64,000 bases of DNA from Narcine bancroftii (Eukaryota), in assembly GCF_036971445.1 (NCBI RefSeq), contig NC_091474.1, positions 37,014,001-37,078,000 on the forward strand. Reading direction: 5' to 3'. Shown in pieces: positions 1 through 14,317 of the stretch. The translations under genes and the position numbers were made by a program. Below the pieces are notes generated by a model. That model was not told the DNA's origin and did not search any database. It worked only from the letters and a program-made list of their open reading frames with translations. How positions within the stretch are numbered: the first letter of the stretch is position 1; the number at the start of each line of letters is the position of its first letter.

Positions 1-3000
1 ATAGCATAGGATTCAGTTCTGTTCACATCTCCTCCAAGAATGAAGAACCCCATGTTCACATGCAGCCAGGCCTCAACAATATTCAATCTTTTTTGATAAG
101 TAAAACATTGCAAGTGCCAGGCAATGACTGTCTCCTTTGACATCAAATGGAATTATTATCAGCATGTTAAGAATAAACATCTCTGTAATTGGCAGACTAG
201 AGTACAATTTTCAGACAAGAAACTAGAGATCCCCTCTTTGCCACATTAATTAGAGGGAGTACTACAAACTATCTGATTACAGGAAAACACCCAGCTGCTC
301 ATCTACATCAATATTATAGCAAGCAGTTAGATGATTTAAGAAAGAGGATTTACCAAAACGGCAACAGAAGGGTAACATTAAAAACTAAAGAATACATCTT
401 GAACATGTGATCTCCACATATAGACATCCTAGATATGACAAAACCATAAGAGGAAGCACTGCCGTAAGAAGGAAGAGAAAAGTTATGACCAGCCTTCATC
501 AGCTCGTCTCAGATGACCAGCAGTTGTCCTCTGAAGATCCAGAAGTGAATCACCTGTCTTCATTTAAAGTTGGGAACAAAGTATTGTACTGAGGGAATGG
601 AAAGGGGAATGATTAAAAACAAGTCATTCGGGGGAAAAGAACTTATAATTAGGGATTAGAGTTAAACGTAGTTTTCAGTGGATTCAAGACAACAGAATTT
701 TTGAAAGTGGTTGTTTTTCCTGAGTAAGGCAGATAAATTAACCAGAAAAACCTCAAAGGCCATGCAGCTGGGAAAACAATAGCAGGCTTTAGTGCCAGTG
801 GAGTACATCCTGTATTTTTAAGTCAGGGTGTATTTGATTATATTAATGGAAGGACAACAGCAGCTGAAGAAAGATTGAAACGTCTACAGGCGGAGACTTG
901 TCTGCAGTTCATCGGCACAGTTAATGACTGAAAAACAGTGAGAACCCATTCAGAACAGCATTCCAATACTTCCATAGAAACCTCGTTGCTCAGTACAAAA
1001 TCCCAAGATCTGTATGCAGTCATTGTCACTAAGAAAAATTCCTATCGTCTTTTTGACTATACCATAGAGCTTCAAAAATTCCATGAATAAATAATTTCTG
1101 TGATACTGTTAAAATAGTTGTTCCTTAGACTATCAAGAGACTTAGAAACATAACATGTCCACAGCCTCAATTCAACTAGGGTCATACTTAAAGTTAATGG
1201 TCTCCAATATTTTTTTTTTCTCTGTGTACCATCTATTTGAATTTCAACAGGAAAAAAGATAGACTGGACTTCATCCAGCTTTAGTTTCCTCTCCGAGTTG
1301 TTATGGTTGCAGTATGCAAATCTAAAAGATGTAGATGCACTTATTTGAACATTTTAAGGTTTCATAGGGTCCAGTGCTATTCATTTTGTATATTTTAATA
1401 GTTAATATATAAAACAATTTCATGTGTGGAATGTGAATTTTATCTCTGTTCAACTCTTATGAGATCAATGAAATGGGAAATAGAAATGCATTCAATTTGG
1501 AAATGTTGCTCCAAAGAAGTTACCAAAGCATGGCTCGAAAGCAGGACAGGCATAAATTATTCTGTAGCTTCAGGACATCTGACTGTATGTCATCCTTGAC
1601 CTTGATAAAAGGCAAATTCACAAAGAAAGTCATCCAATTAGTAGAGGGAAATCACCCCTGAGGTATTTTTTTTGATCTCTGCTTAAGTAAAAATATATGG
1701 GAATATCTCAAATTGGACCAAATCACGTTGGAGCAGGCAAACCAGAAAACAAACCAACCTACTTGTTCCTCCTGGCAGCTGAGTGTAGAGTTGCACAGAA
1801 AAAGGTTGAAATTAGGTGTAAAGTAACTTAATGACATTTGTTAGGGGAATGAAAATAAAATAAAACCATTCAACCAGGATGAAGAAATGGTGTCAGTAGG
1901 CAGTTCGACTCAGGAAAACCTCAAGGTGACGAAATTTGCCAGAACCTCTGGATCATTTCAAAGATTTAAGATAGATGGTATAAATTGTGCTAACCACTGG
2001 CTTCCATAAATGACCGACTTCCACTTGTAAATTTTATACCATTACACTCAGCTGCCTGATACATGTGTGTCTCAGGACAGCAGCTTTGTCAGACCTCTGA
2101 CCTCACCATTACACCAGTAGGTCAGTGGAACATAAGAGGGCAACACAGATTACCAATGAGCCAGCCAGATTTGTCCCCTGATATCCCCTCCCACTCAGTG
2201 ACCAAGAGAAGAATATTAATATGCTGAAGACTTCCAGAGGATGGTAACTGTACATGATGCATCAGCAGAGATATACCTTAGAGGCACGTAAAAACATAGA
2301 AGTACTGGAGGAACTCAGCAGGTCTCACAGAGTTCATAGGATGTAAAGCTATGTTATGGATGCACCTCAAAGACATTCCTGGCCTATTTAGAGATAGACA
2401 GAATTCCTTTTTAAAGGTAACAGTTACCCCCATAAGTTCTGCTTTGCTGCTATCCTGACAATACCTTGCAAATTCATTGTTTTTGAGTCATTAAAGCACA
2501 GTAAAAGGCTATCAGCCTACTTTATCCACGCTAACCATTGCACCCATTTATAATCTAATTTGCTTTGGTGATTTAAGTGCTAGTTCAAATACTCTAAATA
2601 TTGTGAGAGTCTCTGCCTCTCTTAGGCAATGTCACCCATAAGCTATCTTTCAAAGAATAACTCTATTTCTTTTCAAGAAGAACTCAATGATATTCTCATC
2701 TTGAAAACATTGAATCGAACTCATGTGCAGTCACACCCAATCTGCAAAATCATTTTGAGGGGAGTCCTTCCTGCAGTGGAAGGTCTTGTTGAAACTTTGT
2801 AATGCAATATGAGTATCAAATATTGCCCCTGGACTTAGGAAAGCTAGTAACTGTTAAATGTGATGGTAGAACTGATAATACTAGAGTTTCTGTATGGATA
2901 GCTGGAATTAACCTGCAGCATAAAAGATGGCCCATAGAGAAAGCAATGGGGGACACATGCTCCGATCTGCAGATCTTCAAGTATTGGCCAGCAAAGTTTC

Positions 3001-5156
3001 TCTGCTGCCCATTTGTTGTTGCTTTTTTTCCACACCTCTTCATATTACCTATGGTGCAACTATATAGTTTTAAAAGTTTATCAATCCTTTTCCTAACCAT
3101 CCTTCGTTTATTTGCTGCTTAATTCAACTTGCACTGTATTACCGCTCTCCATCCATGATCCTTTTATTGCATGACTGCCCTTACTATGGGAGATGGGGAA
3201 AATAAAAATCTTTACATGGCATCAGACAAGTCAAAAGTTGTGAAAAGCAAAATCAGGTCTAAGTGTTTAAAATCAGTGTTCATGACTGAAGAAATTACAA
3301 AATTCAAGTCTTCGTGTTCACGAACTCTACACATATCCCCCACCTCCATGAATCCCTTCAACAAATTACTCCAGCTGCCGTGTAAACACACATCTCAGAA
3401 CATCACCAGCATCAGGCCTCGCTATAATACATGGAGAGTAAGCAGTGGAAGCTGGAAGGGACAAAAAGTAGAAAGTTAATTATCGTATATACATATGTAA
3501 ATATTCTAATTTTATGGACCAATTTAATGGATAAAGTTTAGTGGGTCAACTATTAGGCACATACTACTTTTGACTGTGGTAACTGCCTGTGTCAGTTGAA
3601 GCATGGATGGGCAGGCGGGCGACTGGGACATAAGTCCACATTTGGTGCATCAGGATATTGGATAGGTGTAGAGCCTGCAGTCAGAGTGCCGAGAGCTGGA
3701 ATGGGCAGGCAGTAGAGGCCAAAAATAGTGGAATCGATCTTCACATATGAAATAGGGAAAATACCAGATTTGGGGGCCAAAAATGGGGGCCAACCTTTAC
3801 ATGGTATTGCCTATCACATGCATATGCATGGTAAATCACTATATTCTATTCAATACACAAATACCATTGCTTCATTTTGACTACAACTCTTACAAAAGAC
3901 TGGGTGAAGTGATCCCTAATATGGGGAAGAATAAATCCACCTTCCTGCCTTTTTCAGGGTACGATTGATGTTTTTGTGAGTGATCTGAGGTGTTAAATTT
4001 TGTTTTTAAAATGCACTAAAGTCACTTCTAAGTAAGTTATTCCATATTTAGAATAAAGATCATCAGTACCAATTGAAACCCATCTTCCACTACAGCAAAG
4101 TCTCTCCCAAAGCTTTTTTTTTTAATTTCCTCCATCTTTTTATTATCTTTGTGACAACAAATTCTTTCATTTCTCTGTTATCAAAAAACATTGAAAGGAT
4201 ATGCCAGCTTTAATCAGAGAATCAACAATTTATGCAAAGCAGGTCATCCCCCTTTCAGAGCAGAATCATCCACTTGCTTCAGAAAACATAATTAGTGCAG
4301 TCATGTCACAGTCAACTCACAAATGGCAAGAAAGTCAATGAACAGATACATAGCAAAAATGCTTTGAAATAATCTAATCTTAGTGAAGGAAATAATGTGA
4401 TGGTGATGGATTTCACAATGTTGGTTCAGAATCATAAAATGTTCAAGTTCTGAACTTGTTGAGGTTATATACAGCTTCTTTTCAGCTTGATATTTCATGA
4501 TCAAATATTTTGCAACACATTGTACTTTCAATCAGATTTGCGCTGCCCATTTATGAAACCTTTGTACAGGAAACAAGATTATTTAGTATAGCCTGCGTTA
4601 TCTTAGCATTCATAATTAAAATGTACTTGGACATTTATTTATCATTTGCTTTCTTCTTCCATGAAGTTCACAGTTCTGTAGTTGGGGATAGCATTACGGT
4701 GAATAGGGAATGACTTTCTTCTAACTCATTGCCTTTACATCTCTGGTGAGAAGGTACAATGATATTTGCTATAAATATTTGTGCTATTAATTGTATTCAC
4801 CACGCTATTGATATTGATCAAATGTTATTGTAAGAGACTGTTTTTTCAATCATCCTTCCCTGTTGTGTGACATGTTGAAGTTCATTTCTTGCATATTTAT
4901 AAAGCCTCTCCCCTTCAACATCTGAGACTAATTAAACAATTGGACCAATACGTTTATGATTTTACCACTCCTTCAAATATTATGTTGAAGACTAAATACA
5001 GGTACCGATAGAGATATACCTTGAATTTGATTTTATATACCAAGTTGTTTTTTAGTATTACACTAAAGGCAGTCTTCAAAAGAAAACTGTGTCTCTCTTT
5101 AGTATTGCAAGTTTCCATTCTTCACTCCAGCATTCTGTTTTCATACCTTTCACCAA

Positions 5157-8100
5157 GCGACCCCCTGATTCAGGCGACCCCCTGATTCAGGCGACCCCCT
5201 GATTCAGGCGACCCCCTGATTCAGGCGACCCCCTGATTCAGGCGACCCCCTGATTCAGGCGACCCCCTGATTCAGGCGACCCCCTGATTCAGGCGACCCC
5301 CTGATTCAGGCGACCCCCTGATTCAGGCGACCCCCTGATTCAGGCGACCCCCTGATTCAGGCGACCCCCTGATTCAGGCGACCCCCTGATTCAGGCGACC
5401 CCCTGATTCAGGCGACCCCCTGATTCAGGCGACCCCCTGATTCAGGCGACCCCCTGATTCAGGCGACCCCCTGATTCAGGCGACCCCCTGATTCAGGCGA
5501 CCCCCTGATTCACGCGACCCCCTGATTCACGCGACCCCCTGATTCACGCGACCCCCTGATTCACGCGACCCCCTGATTCACGCGACCCCCTGATTCACGC
5601 GACCCCCTGATTCACGCGACCCCCTGATTCACGCGACCCCCTGATTCACGCGACCCCCTGATTCACGCGACCCCCTGATTCACGCGACCCCCTGATTCAC
5701 GCGACCCCCTGATTCACGCGACCCCCTGATTCACGCGACCCCCTGATTCACGCGACCCCCTGATTCACGCGACCCCCTGATTCACGCGACCCCCTGATTC
5801 ACGCGACCCCCTGATTCACGCGACCCCCTGATTCACGCGACCCCCTGATTCACGCGACCCCCTGATTCACGCGACCCCCTGATTCACGCGACCCCCTGAT
5901 TCACGCGACCCCCTGATTCACGCGACCCCCTGATTCACGCGACCCCCTGATTCACGCGACCCCCTGATTCACGCGACCCCCTGATTCACGCGACCCCCTG
6001 ATTCACGCGACCCCCTGATTCACGCGACCCCCTGATTCACGCGACCCCCTGATTCACGCGACCCCCTGATTCACGCGACCCCCTGATTCACGCGACCCCC
6101 TGATTCACGCGACCCCCTGATTCACGCGACCCCCTGATTCACGCGACCCCCTGATTCACGCGACCCCCTGATTCACGCGACCCCCTGATTCACGCGACCC
6201 CCTGATTCACGCGACCCCCTGATTCACGCGACCCCCTGATTCACGCGACCCCCTGATTCACGCGACCCCCTGATTCACGCGACCCCCTGATTCACGCGAC
6301 CCCCTGATTCACGCGACCCCCTGATTCACGCGACCCCCTGATTCACGCGACCCCCTGATTCACGCGACCCCCTGATTCACGCGACCCCCTGATTCACGCG
6401 ACCCCCTGATTCACGCGACCCCCTGATTCACGCGACCCCCTGATTCACGCGACCCCCTGATTCACGCGACCCCCTGATTCACGCGACCCCCTGATTCACG
6501 CGACCCCCTGATTCACGCGACCCCCTGATTCACGCGACCCCCTGATTCACGCGACCCCCTGATTCACGCGACCCCCTGATTCACGCGACCCCCTGATTCA
6601 CGCGACCCCCTGATTCACGCGACCCCCTGATTCACGCGACCCCCTGATTCACGCGACCCCCTGATTCACGCGACCCCCTGATTCACGCGACCCCCTGATT
6701 CACGCGACCCCCTGATTCACGCGACCCCCTGATTCACGCGACCCCCTGATTCACGCGACCCCCTGATTCACGCGACCCCCTGATTCACGCGACCCCCTGA
6801 TTCACGCGACCCCCTGATTCACGCGACCCCCTGATTCACGCGACCCCCTGATTCACGCGACCCCCTGATTCACGCGACCCCCTGATTCACGCGACCCCCT
6901 GATTCACGCGACCCCCTGATTCACGCGACCCCCTGATTCACGCGACCCCCTGATTCACGCGACCCCCTGATTCACGCGACCCCCTGATTCACGCGACCCC
7001 CTGATTCACGCGACCCCCTGATTCACGCGACCCCCTGATTCACGCGACCCCCTGATTCACGCGACCCCCTGATTCACGCGACCCCCTGATTCACGCGACC
7101 CCCTGATTCACGCGACCCCCTGATTCACGCGACCCCCTGATTCACGCGACCCCCTGATTCACGCGACCCCCTGATTCACGCGACCCCCTGATTCACGCGA
7201 CCCCCTGATTCACGCGACCCCCTGATTCACGCGACCCCCTGATTCACGCGACCCCCTGATTCACGCGACCCCCTGATTCACGCGACCCCCTGATTCACGC
7301 GACCCCCTGATTCACGCGACCCCCTGATTCACGCGACCCCCTGATTCACGCGACCCCCTGATTCACGCGACCCCCTGATTCACGCGACCCCCTGATTCAC
7401 GCGACCCCCTGATTCACGCGACCCCCTGATTCACGCGACCCCCTGATTCACGCGACCCCCTGATTCACGCGACCCCCTGATTCACGCGACCCCCTGATTC
7501 ACGCGACCCCCTGATTCACGCGACCCCCTGATTCACGCGACCCCCTGATTCACGCGACCCCCTGATTCACGCGACCCCCTGATTCACGCGACCCCCTGAT
7601 TCACGCGACCCCCTGATTCACGCGACCCCCTGATTCACGCGACCCCCTGATTCACGCGACCCCCTGATTCACGCGACCCCCTGATTCACGCGACCCCCTG
7701 ATTCACGCGACCCCCTGATTCACGCGACCCCCTGATTCACGCGACCCCCTGATTCACGCGACCCCCTGATTCACGCGACCCCCTGATTCACGCGACCCCC
7801 TGATTCACGCGACCCCCTGATTCACGCGACCCCCTGATTCACGCGACCCCCTGATTCACGCGACCCCCTGATTCACGCGACCCCCTGATTCACGCGACCC
7901 CCTGATTCACGCGACCCCCTGATTCACGCGACCCCCTGATTCACGCGACCCCCTGATTCACGCGACCCCCTGATTCACGCGACCCCCTGATTCACGCGAC
8001 CCCCTGATTCACGCGACCCCCTGATTCACGCGACCCCCTGATTCACGCGACCCCCTGATTCACGCGACCCCCTGATTCACGCGACCCCCTGATTCACGCG

Positions 8101-11100
8101 ACCCCCTGATTCACGCGACCCCCTGATTCACGCGACCCCCTGATTCACGCGACCCCCTGATTCACGCGACCCCCTGATTCACGCGACCCCCTGATTCACG
8201 CGACCCCCTGATTCACGCGACCCCCTGATTCACGCGACCCCCTGATTCACGCGACCCCCTGATTCACGCGACCCCCTGATTCACGCGACCCCCTGATTCA
8301 CGCGACCCCCTGATTCACGCGACCCCCTGATTCACGCGACCCCCTGATTCACGCGACCCCCTGATTCACGCGACCCCCTGATTCACGCGACCCCCTGATT
8401 CACGCGACCCCCTGATTCACGCGACCCCCTGATTCACGCGACCCCCTGATTCACGCGACCCCCTGATTCACGCGACCCCCTGATTCACGCGACCCCCTGA
8501 TTCACGCGACCCCCTGATTCACGCGACCCCCTGATTCACGCGACCCCCTGATTCACGCGACCCCCTGATTCACGCGACCCCCTGATTCACGCGACCCCCT
8601 GATTCACGCGACCCCCTGATTCAAGCGACCCCCTGATTCAAGCGACCCCCTGATTCAAGCGACCCCCTGATTCAAGCGACCCCCTGATTCAAGCGACCCC
8701 CTGATTCAAGCGACCCCCTGATTCAAGCGACCCCCTGATTCAAGCGACCCCCTGATTCAAGCGACCCCCTGATTCAAGCGACCCCCTGATTCAAGCGACC
8801 CCCTGATTCAAGCGACCCCCTGATTCAAGCGACCCCCTGATTCAAGCGACCCCCTGATTCAAGCGACCCCCTGATTCAAGCGACCCCCTGATTCAAGCGA
8901 CCCCCTGATTCAAGCGACCCCCTGATTCAAGCGACCCCCTGATTCAAGCGACCCCCTGATTCAAGCGACCCCCTGATTCAAGCGACCCCCTGATTCAAGC
9001 GACCCCCTGATTCAAGCGACCCCCTGATTCAAGCGACCCCCTGATTCAAGCGACCCCCTGATTCAAGCGACCCCCTGATTCAAGCGACCCCCTGATTCAA
9101 GCGACCCCCTGATTCAAGCGACCCCCTGATTCAAGCGACCCCCTGATTCAAGCGACCCCCTGATTCAAGCGACCCCCTGATTCAAGCGACCCCCTGATTC
9201 AAGCGACCCCCTGATTCAAGCGACCCCCTGATTCAAGCGACCCCCTGATTCAAGCGACCCCCTGATTCAAGCGACCCCCTGATTCAAGCGACCCCCTGAT
9301 TCAAGCGACCCCCTGATTCAAGCGACCCCCTGATTCAAGCGACCCCCTGATTCAAGCGACCCCCTGATTCAAGCGACCCCCTGATTCAAGCGACCCCCTG
9401 ATTCAAGCGACCCCCTGATTCAAGCGACCCCCTGATTCAAGCGACCCCCTGATTCAAGCGACCCCCTGATTCAAGCGACCCCCTGATTCAAGCGACCCCC
9501 TGATTCAAGCGACCCCCTGATTCAAGCGACCCCCTGATTCAAGCGACCCCCTGATTCAAGCGACCCCCTGATTCAAGCGACCCCCTGATTCAAGCGACCC
9601 CCTGATTCAAGCGACCCCCTGATTCAAGCGACCCCCTGATTCAAGCGACCCCCTGATTCAAGCGACCCCCTGATTCAAGCGACCCCCTGATTCAAGCGAC
9701 CCCCTGATTCAAGCGACCCCCTGATTCAAGCGACCCCCTGATTCAAGCGACCCCCTGATTCAAGCGACCCCCTGATTCAAGCGACCCCCTGATTCAAGCG
9801 ACCCCCTGATTCAAGCGACCCCCTGATTCAAGCGACCCCCTGATTCAAGCGACCCCCTGATTCAAGCGACCCCCTGATTCAAGCGACCCCCTGATTCAAG
9901 CGACCCCCTGATTCAAGCGACCCCCTGATTCAAGCGACCCCCTGATTCAAGCGACCCCCTGATTCAAGCGACCCCCTGATTCAAGCGACCCCCTGATTCA
10001 AGCGACCCCCTGATTCAAGCGACCCCCTGATTCAAGCGACCCCCTGATTCAAGCGACCCCCTGATTCAAGCGACCCCCTGATTCAAGCGACCCCCTGATT
10101 CAAGCGACCCCCTGATTCAAGCGACCCCCTGATTCAAGCGACCCCCTGATTCAAGCGACCCCCTGATTCAAGCGACCCCCTGATTCAAGCGACCCCCTGA
10201 TTCAAGCGACCCCCTGATTCAAGCGACCCCCTGATTCAAGCGACCCCCTGATTCAAGCGACCCCCTGATTCAAGCGACCCCCTGATTCAAGCGACCCCCT
10301 GATTCAAGCGACCCCCTGATTCAAGCGACCCCCTGATTCAAGCGACCCCCTGATTCAAGCGACCCCCTGATTCAAGCGACCCCCTGATTCAAGCGACCCC
10401 CTGATTCAAGCGACCCCCTGATTCAAGCGACCCCCTGATTCAAGCGACCCCCTGATTCAAGCGACCCCCTGATTCAAGCGACCCCCTGATTCAAGCGACC
10501 CCCTGATTCAAGCGACCCCCTGATTCAAGCGACCCCCTGATTCAAGCGACCCCCTGATTCAAGCGACCCCCTGATTCAAGCGACCCCCTGATTCAAGCGA
10601 CCCCCTGATTCAAGCGACCCCCTGATTCAAGCGACCCCCTGATTCAAGCGACCCCCTGATTCAAGCGACCCCCTGATTCAAGCGACCCCCTGATTCAAGC
10701 GACCCCCTGATTCAAGCGACCCCCTGATTCAAGCGACCCCCTGATTCAAGCGACCCCCTGATTCAAGCGACCCCCTGATTCACGCGACCCCCTGATTCAC
10801 GCGACCCCCTGATTCACGCGACCCCCTGATTCACGCGACCCCCTGATTCAAGCGACCTCCTGATTCAAGCGACCTCCTGATTCAAGCGACCTCCTGATTC
10901 AAGCGACCTCCTGATTCAAGCGACCTCCTGATTCAAGCGACCTCCTGATTCAAGCGACCTCCTGATTCAAGCGACCTCCTGATTCAAGCGACCTCCTGAT
11001 TCAAGCGACCTCCTGATTCAAGCGACCTCCTGATTCAAGCGACCTCCTGATTCAAGCGACCTCCTGATTCAAGCGACCTCCTGATTCAAGCGAACTCCTG

Positions 11101-11140
11101 ATTCAAGCGACCTCCTGATTCAAGCGAACTCCTGATTCAA
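5157..11140. repeat. 17-bp minisatellite, 352 copies, unit GCGACCCCCTGATTCA[G/C/A]
   Basis: 5984 bp = 352 x 17 with phase kept throughout. Variant blocks in order: 20xG, 183xC, 127xA, 4xC, 1xA, then 17 copies with a CCTCC or ACTCC core. Confidence 0.98.
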
Positions 11141-12963
11141 GCTGCACATCACAGCCAGATTTCAATATCATTCCGAAAAGCATGCACACAGATTTAAGTA
11201 TACCCAGCATGGGCCACATTGAAAATTAGCTTGAAAAAAATTCCAGATTTTAAACATCACTTTGCTTCATACCACACTTGGTATTCAGATCAGGTAGAAC
11301 TACATCATTAAAGATGTTCAATGTAAACTTGCATGTCACTATTACTTCAGTTTAAATTGTTAACAGGTGCAGTTGAAACTTTCTTTTTCCTGATATTTAA
11401 GTTCACCAGACCCTTGGGTTTCTACTGCACAATAACATCCTTGAAAAAGTAATTAGAATAGGAGCTAAGCATAAAAGCTGCAACAATTTCCAACAGACTC
11501 CCAAAATAATCTCAGTAGACACATGCCAAGTTCTTTCTGGCACCACTGAAATAGCCACAAGCTTATCCAGGACCTTACAGGCATGCAATCCTCTTCTTCG
11601 GTTTTCCATCTCAGGGAAGACCCTCCAATGTACCCAAGATTCTGCCTTTTTATTTGCCCATCTGTAGTTTATTGCAGTTTACTGCGCTACCTCCATCTTC
11701 ACTCACTCGTGCGACAATTGGCTTGAAAAACTTGCGTTTATAAAATGCCACCAATGCAGATAAAAGGTCCCCAGGTGTTCTATCAAGCGAATGGTAAACT
11801 GAGAGAGACTTCAGGATGATGAGAAGCTTAGTTGAAGATTAATGTTTTAAAGAGGATCGGGAAACCAGAAACTGTAGAGATTTGATAAAGAAACACTATA
11901 GCATTCGTCCTGGACAGGAGAAAGAGTAGGTGCATGAAAAGTTAAGAGTAGGAGAGGAAGAATTCTAAAGTGTTGTGGAAGATTACAGGTTAGTAGAGGG
12001 ATTTTAACATGAAACTTTAAGTAATGCAACTTTAAGCTGGAAGTTTTAGAAATCTAGTAATCAGTGGAAGTTGGCACAGTCAGACTGAGCTGCGACAAAT
12101 TGAGTGGGACTCCATAAACAAGGGTGAATGCAAATTTATTGAAGATGGCAGACAAAACAGAGATAACAATTAGAGCTTGGCCTTTCACGAGTGAAATTAA
12201 GAAATACTTCCACATGCAGAGGTTAGAAATTCGGGAGCAGATAAGGAATTGCTGGAGGACATCAGCAGGTCAGACACCATCCGCGGGCAGAAATGGTTGG
12301 AAATTTGGATTTCTTTTTGATAAATAGCAACTGATGCAAGGTTAAATTTTCATTTTAAAATCAGAAATTGTGATGGTTATATGGAAGAAGTATAAATGGA
12401 GTTAAATTTCAGATCACATCTACATATAAACAGGAAATATCAGAAATGCACATCAGGTCAGGCACAATCCATCATGGGAAAACCTGAATCCCTGGAAATA
12501 ACCATTATGAAAATCATCAGTTGAAACTTCAGTTCTGCCCCACTGCAGAAACACCATGTGACTCATCAACCTTTCACATCTTTTCTTACTCAACACCAAC
12601 CAAGTCATTGCTGGTAAGGCTGGTTATCTGATATTGTCAAATTCACTGTTGAGCCTCAAGGATTGAAAATGAGCTGTTGTTCCTCTAGCTTACATTGGTC
12701 TTTGTTGTTTGCACAAGGGAGAGAAATTTACAGATCGAGTTGAGCCTCTGGGGAGGAGATGTGATCATCTCTCATGGTGGGGCTCGTCAGTCAGAGGTGT
12801 CAGCCCTGCTTCTCTCTCTGTGGATGCACCTTGGCCTGGGAAATATTTCCAACAGTTCAGGTTTTAAATCATGAGGGGCATAGATAAGATGAATAGCCAT
12901 TTTCTCCCCCACTAGGGCAGGGGTGTCCAAAACTAAAAGACCTAGGTGTCAGTGAAAAGATTT

Positions 12964-13251
12964 CTTTCTTTTCTTTTTAAAATATTTTTGAGTTCAACAT
13001 ATATGCAGAATTAACAATTACTTAATAATTCATTTGTATACGAGTAAGCACACACAAAAAGTGCCCAAAAAAGTACCATTAGATAAAATTACATCAATAA
13101 TTGCCTATAATACCTCAAAAACATTTAATTGAAATGATCTATGCAACCATGTTAAACCCATTTGTTGAAATAACTTATATAAAATAAAAGGAAAAAAATA
13201 AAAACTAAAACTAAATTAATCTACCCCCTTCCTCTAATCAACGCTACGGAG
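12964..13251 (-). mobile_element. 5'-truncated retroposon 3' end (L1/Tx1-like 3'UTR)
   Basis: 13-bp TSD AGTGAAAAGATTT at 12951-12963 and 13252-13264. T-rich left end equals an A-rich tail on the minus strand. Confidence 0.7.
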
Positions 13252-13403
13252 AGTGAAAAGATTTAAGGATGACTTGATGGGCAAGTTTTTCCAGAGGAAG
13301 TGATAATTATGTGGGACAATCTGCCAGAGAAAGTGACAAAGGTTGTATGATTGTAACATTTAAGAGACATTTTGACAGGTGCACAGATGGGAAAGGTTTA
13401 GAG

Positions 13404-13779
13404 AAGTGGTTTTCAAACTACTCCTCTAAATTCACATTCCACTTTAAGTAATCCCTATGCTATAAGTGCTCTGTGATTGGTCAGGGATTGATTAAGGTGG
13501 GATGTGAGTGGGAAGGGAAGGTTGAGAACCACTGCTCTAGACCCAATTGTTACTGAAATATTTGACTTGAGAAAAATTGTCATTGGTCCATTTCCTTTGA
13601 AGTTATGAAACTGTGCACTTAACAAGTTAATTAGGTACAATTAAAACAGTGGTTTTCAAACCTTTATCTTTCCACTCTCATATCACCTTAAGCAATCCCT
13701 TACTAATCACAGAGCACCTATGGCATAGAGATTGTTTAAGGTGGAATGTGAGTTTAGGGGGGCAGTTCGAAAACCACTG
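13404..13779. mobile_element. Composite hAT (Charlie-type) MITE, copy 1
   Basis: TIRs (C)AGTGGTTTTCAAAC...GTTCGAAAACCACTG; 8-bp TSD GTTTAGAG at 13396-13403 and 13780-13787. Confidence 0.9.
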
Positions 13780-14317
13780 GTTTAGAGGGATACACATGAA
13801 ATACCGGCAAAAGTGAGCAGCTGAGAGAGACAATTTGTTCGGTACAGTCGTTCAGTCTGTTTCCACAGTTAACTCTATTTCCCCATGGTAACAATGTCCC
13901 ATATTGTACAGCACGTTGTATGCCTGCCGACATTTGTCCATACCTTGAAGAAGGGCTCAAGTGCAAAATGTTGGTTATGTATCTTTACTGTATAAAGTAT
14001 ACTTTTTGACCTGAGTTCTCTAGCATTGTGTTTTTACTTTGTATAGCACATTGTTTGTTTACTTTTCTCCCTTCCATCTGCCGCTCAATTAGACATCTAT
14101 CAGACAGATTCAATCCCATTGACAAATATTCATATTTTCATGGTCAACAATTTGTGTCTTTACAGTCTCCACCTTGTCAATTACATTCATATTTTCACCC
14201 CCTCCTCTCCCTCTCTCAACTAAAAACAACTGCTAGTGCATTAGTGCACACATTGCATTCAAAATTTGGTTTAACTGAAGTCGCATTGTGTTAAGAAGTG
14301 CATTGACCTGATGAATG

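Larger units (their letters stand above)
12870..13900 (+). mobile_element. Degenerate CR1-type LINE 3' fragment, interrupted by an L1-like fragment and a hAT MITE
   Basis: Typical CR1 3' segments: atcatgaggggcatagataag, acatttaagagacattttgacagg, ggaaaggtttagagggata. Confidence 0.65.

Noticed and set aside
407-660. FKVGNKVL resembling a Gypsy/Gin integrase C-terminal module
   Set aside because: Too short and followed by stops; no other integrase motifs seen.
2802-3479. ORFs of ~100 aa
   Set aside because: No recognisable motif or splice framework; compatible with chance.
5157-11140. CRISPR array or coding repeat
   Set aside because: Units are head-to-tail with no spacers, there are no cas genes and the context is eukaryotic. 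TGA occurs on both strands and the 17-nt period closes all frames.
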